Below, one piece after another: positions 24,925 to 36,297 of a stretch of 64,000 bases of DNA. Origin of the DNA: Mobula hypostoma (Eukaryota); NCBI RefSeq assembly GCF_963921235.1, contig NC_086107.1, positions 101,372,001 to 101,436,000 of the forward strand. The letters run 5' to 3'. How positions within the stretch are numbered: the first letter of the stretch is position 1; each line of letters begins with the position of its first letter. The notes under the pieces are model-generated. The model was not told the origin of the DNA and searched no databases. It saw only the letters and a program-made list of their open reading frames with translations. The position numbers and the translations under genes were made by a program.

Positions 24925-26243
24925 ATGACACCCCCTCTAAAGAGCGAGGCACTCCCAGTGACCCCCTGTAAGTACTAACATACTCAATGTGACACCCTTG
25001 AAATTTCTCACACACTGCCAATGTACAGTATCTGTGTAAATATTGACATACTTCCGGTGACCCCCTGTGACCACTGACACCATGATCCAATAACCATTTG
25101 TAAATACTGACACACTCCCAGGGATTCATCTGTAAACTCTGACGTGCTGCAGGATGGTGCCCTTTATATACTGGCGAACTTTAATGACTCCTGCAAATAT
25201 TGACACAATCCAGGTTTTTATAAACAGGTATTTATTCAATGTCTGTAACATCACAGTAATACACTATACAATATTCAGGAGCTTATAAAACATACTATTT
25301 ATACTTTCAAATTCAAAAACAATTACTCAAGTCTCTGAGGGGCCCAGAAATCGCACGTTGCACCTGTGGATAATGCACGCTCCTTCTGCAGGGACACCCT
25401 CTTGGCGAACCGCCCCCCCCCCGTGCATACTGACACACTCCTGATGACCCCCACCGACACAGTCCTGATGACTCCCCTGTACATACTAACACAATCCTAC
25501 GTACAAGTATCTGTGGGCGCACCTGGATGACAGACTTGAGACTGTGTACAAGAAGGGCCGGAGTCGCCTCCACTTCCCGAGGAGACTGAGGACCTTTGGA
25601 GTATGCAGGCCTCTCCTTCACATGTTCTACCAGTCTGTTGTCACCAGCACGATCTTCTTTGCAGTGGTGTGCCGGGGCAATGGCATCAACGCAGGTGATG
25701 CCAACAGGCTCAATAAACTGATTAGAAAGGCTGGCTCTGTTATAGGAGTCAAACTGGAGCCTGTGGTAGAACAAAGGACCCTACGGAAAATCCTGGCAAT
25801 TCTGAACAATGTTTCTCACCCTCTGCAGGCCACATTGGCTGAGCAGAGGAGCAGTTTGAGTAATAGACTAAGACAACTGCGATGAGGTCATTCTTACCCT
25901 CGGCCATTAGGCTCTATAATGAGTCAGGCTATAGCAGGGAAGTGATTACCCCCTCTTGTTAGACTGTTTGAGGTAACTTATTTTTTATTCTTTCTTGCTT
26001 CTCTTCTAATATTTGTATATATGTATATCTGTGCACTTGTAATGCTACTGTGACTCTGTAATTTCCTTTTGGATCAGTAAAGTATCTACTTATCTATCTA
26101 TCTATACTGACATACTCCTGGTGATTCCCTGCACACATTGACACACTCTTGGTGACCCCCCTGTACACACTGACACACACCTGGTTAACCCTATGCATAC
26201 TGAACACTCTTTTATGACCCCCCCACCCCCGTACATACTGATA
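24925..26243. repeat. Degenerate ~31-bp minisatellite (~TACTGACACACTCCTGGTGACCCCCTGTACA), split by LINE fragments
   Basis: Units visible at 24950-25210, 25427-25497 and 26104-26243. Confidence 0.75.
25500..26103 (+). mobile_element. Rex1/Babar 3' fragment with (TATC)n tail
   Basis: ORF YKKGRSRLHF..DANRLNKLIRKAGSVIG; closely similar to 28923-29520 in the opposite orientation. Confidence 0.85.
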
Positions 26244-26244
26244 C

Positions 26245-26570
26245 CAGAATCAGGGTTAATTATCGCCAGCATACGTCATAGAATTTCTTGGCTTTGTGGC
26301 AGCAGTGCAATACAATACATGATAAATATAGAAAAAAAGAGTTACAGTAAGTATAAATATGTATATTAAATAGTTAAGTTAAAGTAGGTAGAGCAAAAAC
26401 AGAAATAAATTTATAAAAAGTAGTGAGGTAGTGTTCATAGGTTCAATGTCCATTTCAAAATTGGATGGAAGAGGGGAAGAAGCTATTCCTGAATCGCTGA
26501 GTGTGTGGCTTTAGACATTTGTACCTCCTTCCTGATGGTAACAATGAGAAGAGGGCCCCAGTGACTGGGT
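26245..26570 (-). mobile_element. Rex1-type 3' end ((ATTCTG) tail family)
   Basis: GAGGGGAAGAAGCTATTCCTGAATCGCTGAG.., similar to 62370-62885. Confidence 0.65.
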
Positions 26571-26809
26571 CTAGCTAATGACATAGTCCTGGTCCCTGCA
26601 GTAATTACTAAGACGCTCCGAGTGAGCCAGTGGGAATGCTGTCGCCCCTCCTGAGACCCTGTGCACGTACCTTTGAGGAATGCGGGAAGCATTCATTAAT
26701 TTTCAGAGTGAACACGACTGGTCAACGTCATGAACACCGCGGACAGCAAGATGACGGACAGACATATTTGCAACTAGGGATGAAGGACTTGCTTTAGGAC
26801 TGGGTGAGT

Positions 26810-27180
26810 GGGTCAGACTGACTCTCGGTGGAGTTTAGAAGAGTGACAGGTGATCTTGTTGGGTATTTGACGGAGTGGCTGGTGATGGGTTGTGGCCCTT
26901 GTGGGGAAATGTAGGATTAGTAGGCACCATTTCAAGGGGATCTCCTATTGAAGTGATGATGAGGGATTTTTGGAATGGCTGGAATTCTCTCCTCTGGATA
27001 TCTGTGAATCCTGATTCACTGAATCTATTTAAGGTGGAGATGGAAAGATGATTGTGTGAGGGGGTGGGGAGGGGTCAAGGCTTACAGAGACCAGGCAGGA
27101 CAGTGAGGCCAAGATCGAAACTGGGAACAGCATGGGCTCATGGAGGGGCTGAATGGCCACATTTACTGCTGGTTTTTATT
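26810..27180 (+). mobile_element. Old CR1 3' end
   Basis: GGAGTTTAGAAGAGTGACAGGTGATCTT..GGGCTGAATGGCC, degenerate. Confidence 0.55.
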
Positions 27181-27367
27181 TTCACTGAGACCCAGCAGTT
27201 TTCCCTCTCCCTTCTTCAGGGGCAGTGCCAATTTCCAGAGGCCAATACTCAATACTTTGATTTATAAAGGCCAATGTACCAAAAGCTCTCTTTACGACCC
27301 TATCTACCTGTGACAATGTTTATATTTGAATAAGACTGAGATTTTTGATAAAACACATCTGTGGCTG

Positions 27368-27595
27368 TGAAGCACCTTCAATAACTCCAAAAGACTGAGG
27401 CTGGGTAAAATACTGAAAGGCTTTTATTCGCTGTACAATACGACCTCCACGGTGAGTGTCTGCCCCCGGACTGAGGGGGAGGGGCAAGGCGAAACACCTT
27501 TATACAGGAGTCTGTGGGAGGAGCCACAGGGGCAGTCAGCAGAGGGGCGTGTCCAGACAGTTAACCCAGTTACAACATATATATGGTTTACCACA
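27368..27595 (-). mobile_element. Solo LTR (228 bp) with 5-bp TSD
   Basis: TG..CA ends; TSD GGCTG at 27363-27367 and 27596-27600; minus-strand TATAAA and AATAAA in the expected order. Confidence 0.75.
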
Positions 27596-27719
27596 GGCTG
27601 GTTTGCCATCTTCCACTTTGACAGGCTTGATACTTCATCAGAAACAATTGTTTTAAAAATAAATCATTTACCTTCCCAAATGCTTGTTGTATTCGACAGT
27701 TTTCAGTAACTAGCGTAAA

Positions 27720-28345
27720 AGTTCAAATGGGTCTCAATGTACCTGCCCCTTTCCCAATCTACTACCATTCAGAATCTATCTTTGTTTTTAGAACCGAACT
27801 AAATAACCTAGCAATATCTACCACGCATTTACCCACTCATCCATATCGTCTAAATATCATTTAGATATATATTAAAGATATAATTTAAATAGCTTTTCAC
27901 CCTCATGACAATTTCACAAACTGCCCTGACCTCTCCCCTCGACTTTGTGTACAACACAAACTTGGAAATGTTACATTTAATTCCCTGCTCCAGATCATTG
28001 ACGTACACTGTGAATAACCGGGACACAAGCTCTAATCTCTGCAAAGACCCACTTACCTCTAACAGCCACCAAGAAAAAAGATACATTTCTACCTATTTTG
28101 CTTTCTATAAACTAACCATTTACACATCTGTACGTTATCCTCAATCCCTTTGTTTTAAATCTGCACATTAACTGTGATGTAACATTTATAGCAACAGCGT
28201 TTTGAGAATCCCAAAACATTGTATAAGAAAGGTGTAATGGAGGGATATGGTCCAGGTGGGACTAGGCAGAAAAATGGTTCGGCAACAGCCAAGAAGGGCC
28301 AAAAGGCCTGTTTCTGTGCTGTAATGTTCTAAGGTTCTATGGTTG
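27720..28345. mobile_element. Old CR1 RT remnant (minus) followed by a CR1 3' tail (plus, ~28225-28345)
   Basis: LFTVYVNDLEQGIKCNISKF on the minus strand; GGGCCAAAAGGCCTGTTTCTGTGCTGTAATGTTCTA tail. Confidence 0.6.
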
Positions 28346-28922
28346 GTGCTTTGAATCACTTTGGGAATCAACCCAAAGAATATCCACTCTGGAAAGCTCA
28401 TCAATGGCTGCGTATGTGGAAATGCTCAGCAGCAAGAGTTTTATTTTGTTCTTGTGGTTTAATTCTGCAACTTTACTCCATTGCCACTTATTCATCTGAC
28501 ATCACTCCCCGCTGCAACATCTTTTTTTCATAGCCTTAACCCGCTTGGATAAAGCTTAAACCTCTCAGATGGATTTAGCATGTGGTGATGTTTACAGCAA
28601 AGCTTCTAACAGATCTGTCCAGAAATACCCGGGGTGGCTGGTGCTAATCTGAAGACGCTGTGACAGATGGTCAGAGTCGGCTGCTGGAGGTTGTAACAGG
28701 AAGGAGCCAGTGGACTGGACACTACAGGCACGCATAGAGCAGAAGGAAGTAGCCCTCGTCCACAAATGCAGAACCGATTCAGTTTCACCTTTAACTGCAC
28801 ATCTTTCACTTTTTAATTGAAGTCTGGTAGGGTGCCTAAGAATTTTGCAGAGCACTGTAGTAATTTCATGTATTGCATTGTACTGCTGAGACCAAAAAAA
28901 CCAAATTTCTTGACCTATGTGA

Positions 28923-29760
28923 GATAGATAGGTAGATACTTTATTGATCGAAAGGGAAATTACAGAGTCACAGTAGCATTACAATGCACAGATATACAAA
29001 TATTAGAAGAGAAGTAAGAAAGGATAAAAAAACCTCAAACAGGAGGGGGTCATCACTTCCCCAACTATAGGTTGACCCATTATAGAGCCTAATGGCCAAG
29101 GGTAAGAATGACTTCATTTAGCGCTCTTTGGAACAGTGCAGCTGTCTTAGTCTATTACTAAAAGTGCTCTTCTGTTCAGTCAAGGTGGCATGCAGAGGGT
29201 GAGAAACATTGTCTGGAATTGCCAGGATTTTCCGTAGGGTCCTTTGTTCTGTCACAGCCTCCAGTATATCCAGTTTGACTCCTATAACAGAGCCAGCCTT
29301 TCTAATCAGTTTATTGAGTCTGTTGGCATCACCCATGTTGATGCCATTGCCCCAGCACACCACTGCGTAGAAGATCGTGCTGGTGACAACAGGCTGGTAG
29401 AACATGTGAAGGAGAGGCCTGCATATTCCAAAGGATCTCAGTCTCCTCAGGAAGTAGAGGTGACTCTGGCCCTTCTTATACACAGTCTGTCATCCAGGTG
29501 CATCCCCAGGTACTTGTAGGTCTTCACCACATCTACATCCTCACCATCAATAGTAACAGGGAGCCGTGCAGGCTTTGTCTTCCTATCTCTTTTGTCTTAC
29601 TGATGTTGAGCTGCAGATGATTCAGTTTGCACCATTTGACAAATTCCTCCACCAGGGCCCTGTATTCATCCTCCCGTCCTCCCTTTATACACCCGACTAT
29701 TACTGAATCATCAGAGAATTTTTGCAGATGACATGACTCAGTGTGGTATCTGAAGTCCGA
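28923..29760 (-). mobile_element. Rex1/Babar RT C-terminal fragment with (TATC)n tail, nested in another element's tail
   Basis: SDFRYHTESCHLQKFSDDSVIVGCI..; the host tail resumes at 29761 (TGATAAACCTGATTCTGA). Confidence 0.85.
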
Positions 29761-30077
29761 TGATAAACCTGATTCTGATATGGGTCTCTGTTGTGGACTG
29801 AGAGTGGGAAGGCGGCAGGGAGAGGGGAATCGTGGTTGAGAAAAGAGGATGAAGCAGGACGCACCAGAGAGACATTCTGTAAGGATCAATAAACCAATTG
29901 TCTGTTGTCTCAGGGCTGGATGTGTCTGCACCCACACCACCCCCCTGCTCCTGGCACTCGTTCTCTGCCACCTGTCCCATACCCCTCCCGTGGCACTCCA
30001 CCCTCGCCATTCCCAACATCCTTTACTCTCACCAGGTTTACAAATTGGCTCTTCACACCACATTGACAAATATATCC

Positions 30078-30139
30078 CTGTGCAAACGTCTTAGGCACCC
30101 TAGTCATATATGTGTGCCTAAGACTTTTGCACAGTACTG
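30078..30139. mobile_element. Tc1/mariner-type MITE
   Basis: Inverted repeats CTGTGCAAACGTCTTAGGCAC / GTGCCTAAGACTTTTGCACAGTACTG followed by TA; another right end at ~28832-28859. Confidence 0.65.
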
Positions 30140-30236
30140 TATGTCACCATATACTACCCTGAGATTCATTTTCTTGTGGGCATTTACAGGGGAGAAAAGA
30201 AATAAAATAGAATTTACAAAAAAAACAGAAGAAGAC

Positions 30237-31305
30237 TGTCATGGTCTGGTCCGTGAAGTCCGTATTCTGGTTCACGCTCTGGTCCATCGACCCTTGCTCC
30301 AGGTTCTCCTGTCTACCCTGCTTCTGTTCTTGTTGAGTTCTAATTGAGTCAGCTAATGCTCGTTGGGGCTGGCTGCATGAATACCTTCAGAGACCAGGGC
30401 GTGGCTGCTGGATTGTTCTTGTCCTTACTCCCTGTATCCCTTCCCCTGCCTTCTGTTTCCTGGCCTGAAGCCCTGCCTTGTCTTGCTGGTAACTCTCGCC
30501 TCACCTTGCTTTGCCAGAAGCCTTGCCTTGTCTTGTCAGTAACTCTCGCCTCGCCTGAAGTTCTCGCCTCGCCTTGCTTTGCCTGAAGCCTTGCCTTGTC
30601 TTGCTGGTAACTCTCGCCTCGTCTCGTCTGCAGTCTTGTCCTGGAGCCACCCTGTACCTAGCTCCCTTCCTGTCCCTTGCCTCCGCCCAGGTAAACCAGG
30701 CTGTCTTGCCGTTACCTGCGGTTGGTTCTGTCCCTTCCTGTGCCTTGCCTCCGTCAGGTGGAGTATCGCGCCCTGCCCAGGAGGAGCCTGCCTAGCCTCA
30801 AGCCTGAAGACTCCAGCCTCCTGCAAGCCTCGCCTCAAGTCTCCTGCCTCCAGCCTCCTACCAAGCCTCACCTCAAGTCTCCTGCCTCCAGCCTCCTGCC
30901 AAGCCTCGCCTCTCGTCTCCTGCCTCCAGCCTCTTGCCAAGCCAAACCAAGTCTCTAGCCTCTTGCCAAGCCAAGCCAAGCCTCTAGCCTCAAGCCTGAA
31001 GACTCCACCCTCCTGCCTCCTGCCAAGCCAAGTTTCTAGTCTCTAGCCTCAAGCCTGTAGACTCCAGCCTCGTCCTTGCCTAGTTCTGGGGTCTGAGCCA
31101 GAGGCAAGACCCAGGTTCTGGGTCCTTGTCCAGTCTCTGGCTCGGAGTCCAAGCCCGGGCCCCTAGCTCTCTTGTCCAGTCCTGTTCCAGGTTCCCGGTT
31201 TTTGTGTCCATGTCCTTGCTCTCACCCTGTATCCTAGTCCTGTCCCTAGTACTTCAGTGTCTGTGTCTTGCACTTGGGTCCGTTCCTAGCCACCTCCGTA
31301 TGACA
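30237..31305 (+). mobile_element. Solo LTR (1069 bp) with 5-bp TSD and internal short tandem repeats
   Basis: Termini TGTCAT..ATGACA; TSD AAGAC at 30232-30236 and 31306-31310. Confidence 0.85.
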
Positions 31306-31310
31306 AAGAC

Positions 31311-31835
31311 TGACAAACAACTAACGTGTAAATGAAGCCAAACTGTGCAGACAAATATTATGGAGAACTTGAGTTGTAAAGAGGCCTTAGACTTGAGTCT
31401 GTAGACTGTAGAATCAGTTCAGAGCTGTGGTGATTGAAGTTATCCACAGCTGGCCCAGGAGCCTGTTGGTTAGATGATAAGAACTGTTGCTAAACATGGT
31501 ATTGTGGGACCGAAGCCTTTTGTACCACCTGCCTGATGTTGGTAACGAGAAGAGGGTATGGCCTGGATGGTGGGGGTGACTTTTAATGATGGATGCTGCT
31601 TTCTTGTGGCAAATCTCCTTTTAAATGCATTCAGTAGTTTGGTGGGCTTTGCCTGTGACGGATTGGGCTGCATCCACCACTTTCTGTAGGCTTTCCTGTT
31701 CCTACGCATCGGCATTTCTATAGAAAGCCATGTGGAAACCAGTCAGGATACTCTGCCCCGTGCATCCACAGCAGTTTGTCAAAGTTTTTGGTGACATGTC
31801 GAATCTGTGCAAACTTTTAAGAAAGCAGAGGCAAG
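31311..31835 (-). mobile_element. Rex1-type 3' fragment (host of the solo LTR; continues at ~30140-30236)
   Basis: GATGGATGCTGCTTTC..GTTTGTCAAAGTTTTTGGTGACATG, similar to 52135-52620. Confidence 0.65.
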
Positions 31836-32207
31836 TACAGTCAATGGCCCAGCCCAGAGGTGGTGGATGTGGATGGCTGGGGCTGTATCAGAGTGAGGAG
31901 AATCTGACGCCCGCACGAGGCAGAAAGGAGTCTTACCCTGAACGTGGGGGCACACTGACTTCCCAATACCCCAGTAGTGATTTGGGTAGTGGCAGATCAT
32001 TCAGCACGCTCCAGTGCCCTCCTTAATGCCCATTTTTACTGATGTCCTTACAAAATTAAAGGAGGCTATTTGGCCCATCGAGTTTTTGCTGGCTTACTGT
32101 AATCCCATTTACCCTCCAGTTTCCCCTGAAACCTATTCTCCACACATTCCAAGTTTTCACCTACACCAGGGGCAATTTACAGCTGCCAATTATCCCATCA
32201 ACTCATA

Positions 32208-32495
32208 TGGCCCGATAGTGTAGCGGTTAGCGCAACACTTTACAGTACAGGTGACCTGGGTTCAATTCCCGCCACTGCCTGTAAGGAGTTTGTGTGTTCT
32301 TCCTGTGACCGCGTGGGTTTCCTCCGGGTGCTCCGGTTTCCTCCCAGAGCCCAAAGATGTATTGGTTGGTAGGTTAATTGGTCATTGTCAATTGTCCTGC
32401 AATTAGGCTAGGATTAAATTGGGGGATTTCTGGATGGTGTGGCTCGAAGGGCTGGAAGAGGCTATTCCACATTGTGTCTCAATAAATAAATAAAC
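32208..32495 (+). mobile_element. Full-length V-SINE
   Basis: TAGCGGTTAG and GGTTCAATTCC boxes, V core, (AAAT)n tail. Confidence 0.85.
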
Positions 32496-34321
32496 ACACA
32501 AATAAATATCTTGGTGTGGTGGGATGAAACCAGAGCACCCTGGGAAAGGGCATGTAGTCTCGCAGAGAACATGCGGACTCCACACAGAGGTCAGAATCGA
32601 ACATGGGTCGGGATGGGCCATCTTTTCCACATCAGTCTTCCAGTCAAGACCCATGTGGTTTCAGCACCAGGCATAAGAACACAAGCAAAGTAGGCCACTC
32701 GGCCCCTCAAGTTGCCCTACCATTCAATCCACCCCATGTTTCATCTCCTTGTTCCCCATGGCTCTCAATTTCCCCAATTTTACCAAACTTTATCTCCCTC
32801 CTCTCGAAGTACCCCAAAAGCTCTATTCTCCACAATCTTCTGGGTAGGAGAATTCCAGAGATTCATCGCCCTCCGCAAGAAGAAATTCCTACACAGTTCA
32901 GTTTGAAATAACCGGCCCGAAACTATTGTAGGTTTCCTCATTCGAGGCTCTCCCACAATGGAAATATCTCGATATCCATCCTATCGCTTCACCTCAGGAT
33001 TTTATGTTTCAATAAATTCACCCTCTTATTTTACATTCTGAAGAATAAGATGCTATTTCTTGAGATGCTCATGTCTATAGTCCAGGAATTACTCCTATCT
33101 ATACTTCCTGGTCTGCCTCCATCACTGGTGTATCCTTCCCTGAGCAGAACCTTGCTCAGTACCCCAGGCCTGGTCTCATCAGTAAACTGTACACGTGTAA
33201 CTCTACTTCCCTGGTTCCAGCCTCCAACACCCCCCAACCCCGGATATCACTGGGCAGTTGCACTGTGGATGCGACTGACAACCAAAAAGAAGCCAGTGAT
33301 TCTGCCTACATTGTACCAGTGAAAGCAATGACTACACTTTAAGACATTTAGGACAAGGGTGGATGGGCCATTTGCCCTTCTGCCCTTGCTGGAAAATACC
33401 CACCAGTGCCCTTCTGTGCTCTTTACCCACAGCTCTGTAAATTAGGGTCAAAGTCAAAGAGAAATACATCACAGATACAGGCCCTTCAGCCCAACTAGAC
33501 CATGCTGACCATCCCACCAAGCTAGTTCCAGTTTCCTGTATTCAGCCCACAAACATCCAAGTGTCACCCCCTAAGGTCAATATCCAGCTGCCTCTTAAAT
33601 AACACTTCTGTATCTGCCTCGTCCACTCCCACAGGCAGCTCGTTCTATATACTGCATGAAAAAAAGTTGCCCCTCAGGTCCCTCAGGGGAAATTCTCCCT
33701 CCAGTACCTGCCCAACCACTGCAGACTCTGTTCCCACCTCCCTCTCAGCATTGTCGTCCCCACCACCATAGGTTTTCCTCACACTTTATCCAAAGTCTGC
33801 AACCTCTTCAGGCAGTCACTGGCCCATCCACAAATGGGGTCACCTTTCCCCCAGACCAGCGGCAACCTCGTCCAGCTCTGTCAGACTTCTTTTGCTGTGG
33901 GAGGCGCAGGGGGTGGGGAACTCTGGTTTCTCCTGTCTGAACCTGGAGCTGAAATTCATCTTCCACGGAATGATTTCCCACTACCCACGGGAAACCTCGC
34001 AAAGTTGAGGCGACCAGAAGTGGACACAATAACCACCTGCGCCCTGAGCAGTGCTTTCAGGCAGCTTCTGTGCAACTTCTCTTTTCCATTCTCCTTGTCT
34101 GTGTACGAAGCCCAGGTCCCACACTCTTCCAGCATACAGATCGATGCACAGCTGAGCCCAGGTGGTGGTACGAAGGAGTGAAGCAGTGTGCCAGCGGGAC
34201 CCCAGTGAGTGTATAAGGAGCATGGAAAATGAGCAAAGTACAAGATGCCGGAGAAGCTTCAAAAAAGTTCAAAGATCAAAGTAAATTTATTAACAAAGTG
34301 TGCAAATAAGGATATGTTCCG

Positions 34322-34534
34322 GCCACTGTCTGTAAGGAGTTTGTACGTTCTCCCCGTGACCGCATGGGTTTCCTCCAGGTGCTCCGGTTTCCTCCCACAG
34401 TCCAAAGATGTACCGGTTGATACATTAATTGCTCATTGTAAATTGTCCCGTAACTAGGCTGGGGTGGATTTGGGAGATTGCTGGGTGGTGTGACTCGAAG
34501 GGCTGGAAGATTCTGTTCTGTACTCTATCTCAAT
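34322..34534 (+). mobile_element. V-SINE (head missing), tail interrupted by another SINE
   Basis: V core; tail resumes at 34809. Confidence 0.75.
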
Positions 34535-34808
34535 CTATATGCATCCGTTAGTCTTGTAAGACCATGGATTTGTGCCTTGGAAGGTTTCCAGGGTGCAGGC
34601 CTGGGCAAGGTTGTATGGAAGACCAGCAGTTGCCCATGCTGCAAGTCTCCCCTCTCCACGCCACTGATGTTGTCCAAGGGAAGGGCACTAGGTGTCATCG
34701 CAGAGCAATGTGTGGTTATGTGCACAACACGCTGCCTCAGCTGAGGCTCGAACTAGCGACCTTCAGATCACTAGACCGACGCCTTAACCACTTGGCCACG
34801 TGCCAACA
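34535..34808 (-). mobile_element. Second tRNA-derived SINE family with a 10-bp TSD
   Basis: Minus-strand head TGGCCAAGTGGTTAAGGCG..AGTTCGAGCC; TSD CTATCTCAAT at 34525-34534 and 34809-34818. Confidence 0.85.
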
Positions 34809-35090
34809 CTATCTCAATAAATACATCTAAAAAATACTACCTTGACATTCATTTTCTTGCAGAGATTTACAGGGGAAAACACAGCAAGATGTTTTTTACG
34901 AATTCTAGGCATAAACGAAGATTGATAAAGAACTAATGTGCACTTAGTACAAATAGAAATAACGCCAAGGACAAGAGTTGTAAAGCATCCTTGAAATAGA
35001 GTCTGTGGGTCATAGAAGCAGCTCAGAGTAGAAGTGATTGAAGCTACCAACACCATTTCAGGAGCCTGATTGTTGTAGACCATGGATGAG

Positions 35091-35765
35091 GAGAGGAGAA
35101 GATGGCGACGCGACGCAGCGCGCAGCGGCCACTCCGGTGGTGATGTCTGTTATCTGTCAAGTAGGGTGCTGTGCACAATCCTGATTTGATGGAGGCAGAC
35201 ATGACAGCACAGAGGAACATCTGGTGAAACTTCTGAAATGCCTGCTTCGCTGTCGCTGCTACTGTGTGATCCAGAATCTCCGGAGGGGAAGGCCTCGAGT
35301 CCTCAGCTTTGCTTGTTGCTTGGCGGCTGGGGCTGGAGTCGAAGCGCACGGCAGAGATGGTGCTCAGTGCTCGGTGTTGGAGGGCTGGTCGGAGGCTCGA
35401 AGTTTTCGGACGGAATCAGAGTCGGCTGTGGTCGGGTGCTTCCAGGGTGCTGCATCGGCAAGTTTGCGGCACTGGAGGTTCATGGCAGGGAGAGTTTCCC
35501 CCTTCTACCGTCTGTGTGAGATGATGAGGCTATCGGGGCTTTGAGGCTTTTTTTTACTGTGCCCATGGTCTGCTCTTTATCAAATTACGGTATTGCTTTG
35601 TACTGTTGTAGCTATATGTTATAATTATGTGTTTTTGTCAGTTTTAGTCTTGGTCTGTCTTGTGTTTCTGTGATATCTCTCTGGAGGAACATTGTATCAT
35701 TCTTTAATACATGCATTTCTAAATGACAATAAACGAGGACTGAGTGTCCTCATAATCTAAAAAAA
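35091..35765 (+). mobile_element. Non-autonomous retroelement (~670 bp): AAGATGGCG start, 3' stem-loop, A tail
   Basis: Second copy inverted at 42891-43535; 3' hairpin GAGGAC-TGAGT-GTCCTC; 3'-end fragment also at ~2962-2990. Confidence 0.85.
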
Positions 35766-35804
35766 TGCCATTGGGTCCATGAACCCCAGGTTGGGACCCC
35801 CTGA

Positions 35805-36297
35805 ATTAGAGAAAGGTAGGCAGTAAAAGGGGCTGAGGGAAAGGGATGGAGCAGGTGATGGGTGAATCCAATTCAGGACAGTGACAGACAGATGGAGGAG
35901 GGAAGAGTGGGATTAGTGACGGAGGAAGGTAGGTGATAGGTGGAGCTAACAAAGGGCTGCAGATGATGAATCTGAAAGGAAAGGAAGGTGGGTATTGAAA
36001 CGAAGTAAGGGAGATGGGGAGGACAATGGGGGCAGTGGGAGGAGTCTATGGGTAATGGGCAGGTGGAGTTGGTGGAAAATTGGAAAGGAATAAGGCAATG
36101 TGGCCTGGGGTGACTGTATGAAAAACTGGGCAGATTTGGAGATCACCTCTTGATGCTGTCCGGGCCTCCTCCGTCTTTCAGTCCGGATGAAGGGTCTCGA
36201 TCTGTAACGTCGACTGTCTCTCTCTGCCAGATCGTCCAGCAGTTTGTGCTTTTTCGTTTAGCTCCAGGTTCCCGCATCTGCAGTTTCTTGTGTCTCC
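35805..36297. mobile_element. Old Penelope 3' fragments, head-to-head (minus ~35805-36150, plus ~36150-36297)
   Basis: Purine-rich PLE region, then CAGTCCGGATGAAGGGTCTCGATCTGTAACGTCGACTG and the GCATCTGCAG tail. Confidence 0.6.

Noticed and set aside
30536..31046. 147-155-aa low-complexity ORFs on both strands
   Set aside because: They lie inside solo-LTR micro-repeats
34735..34808. tRNA gene
   Set aside because: It is the head of a SINE with body, tail and TSD; the same applies to the V-SINE heads
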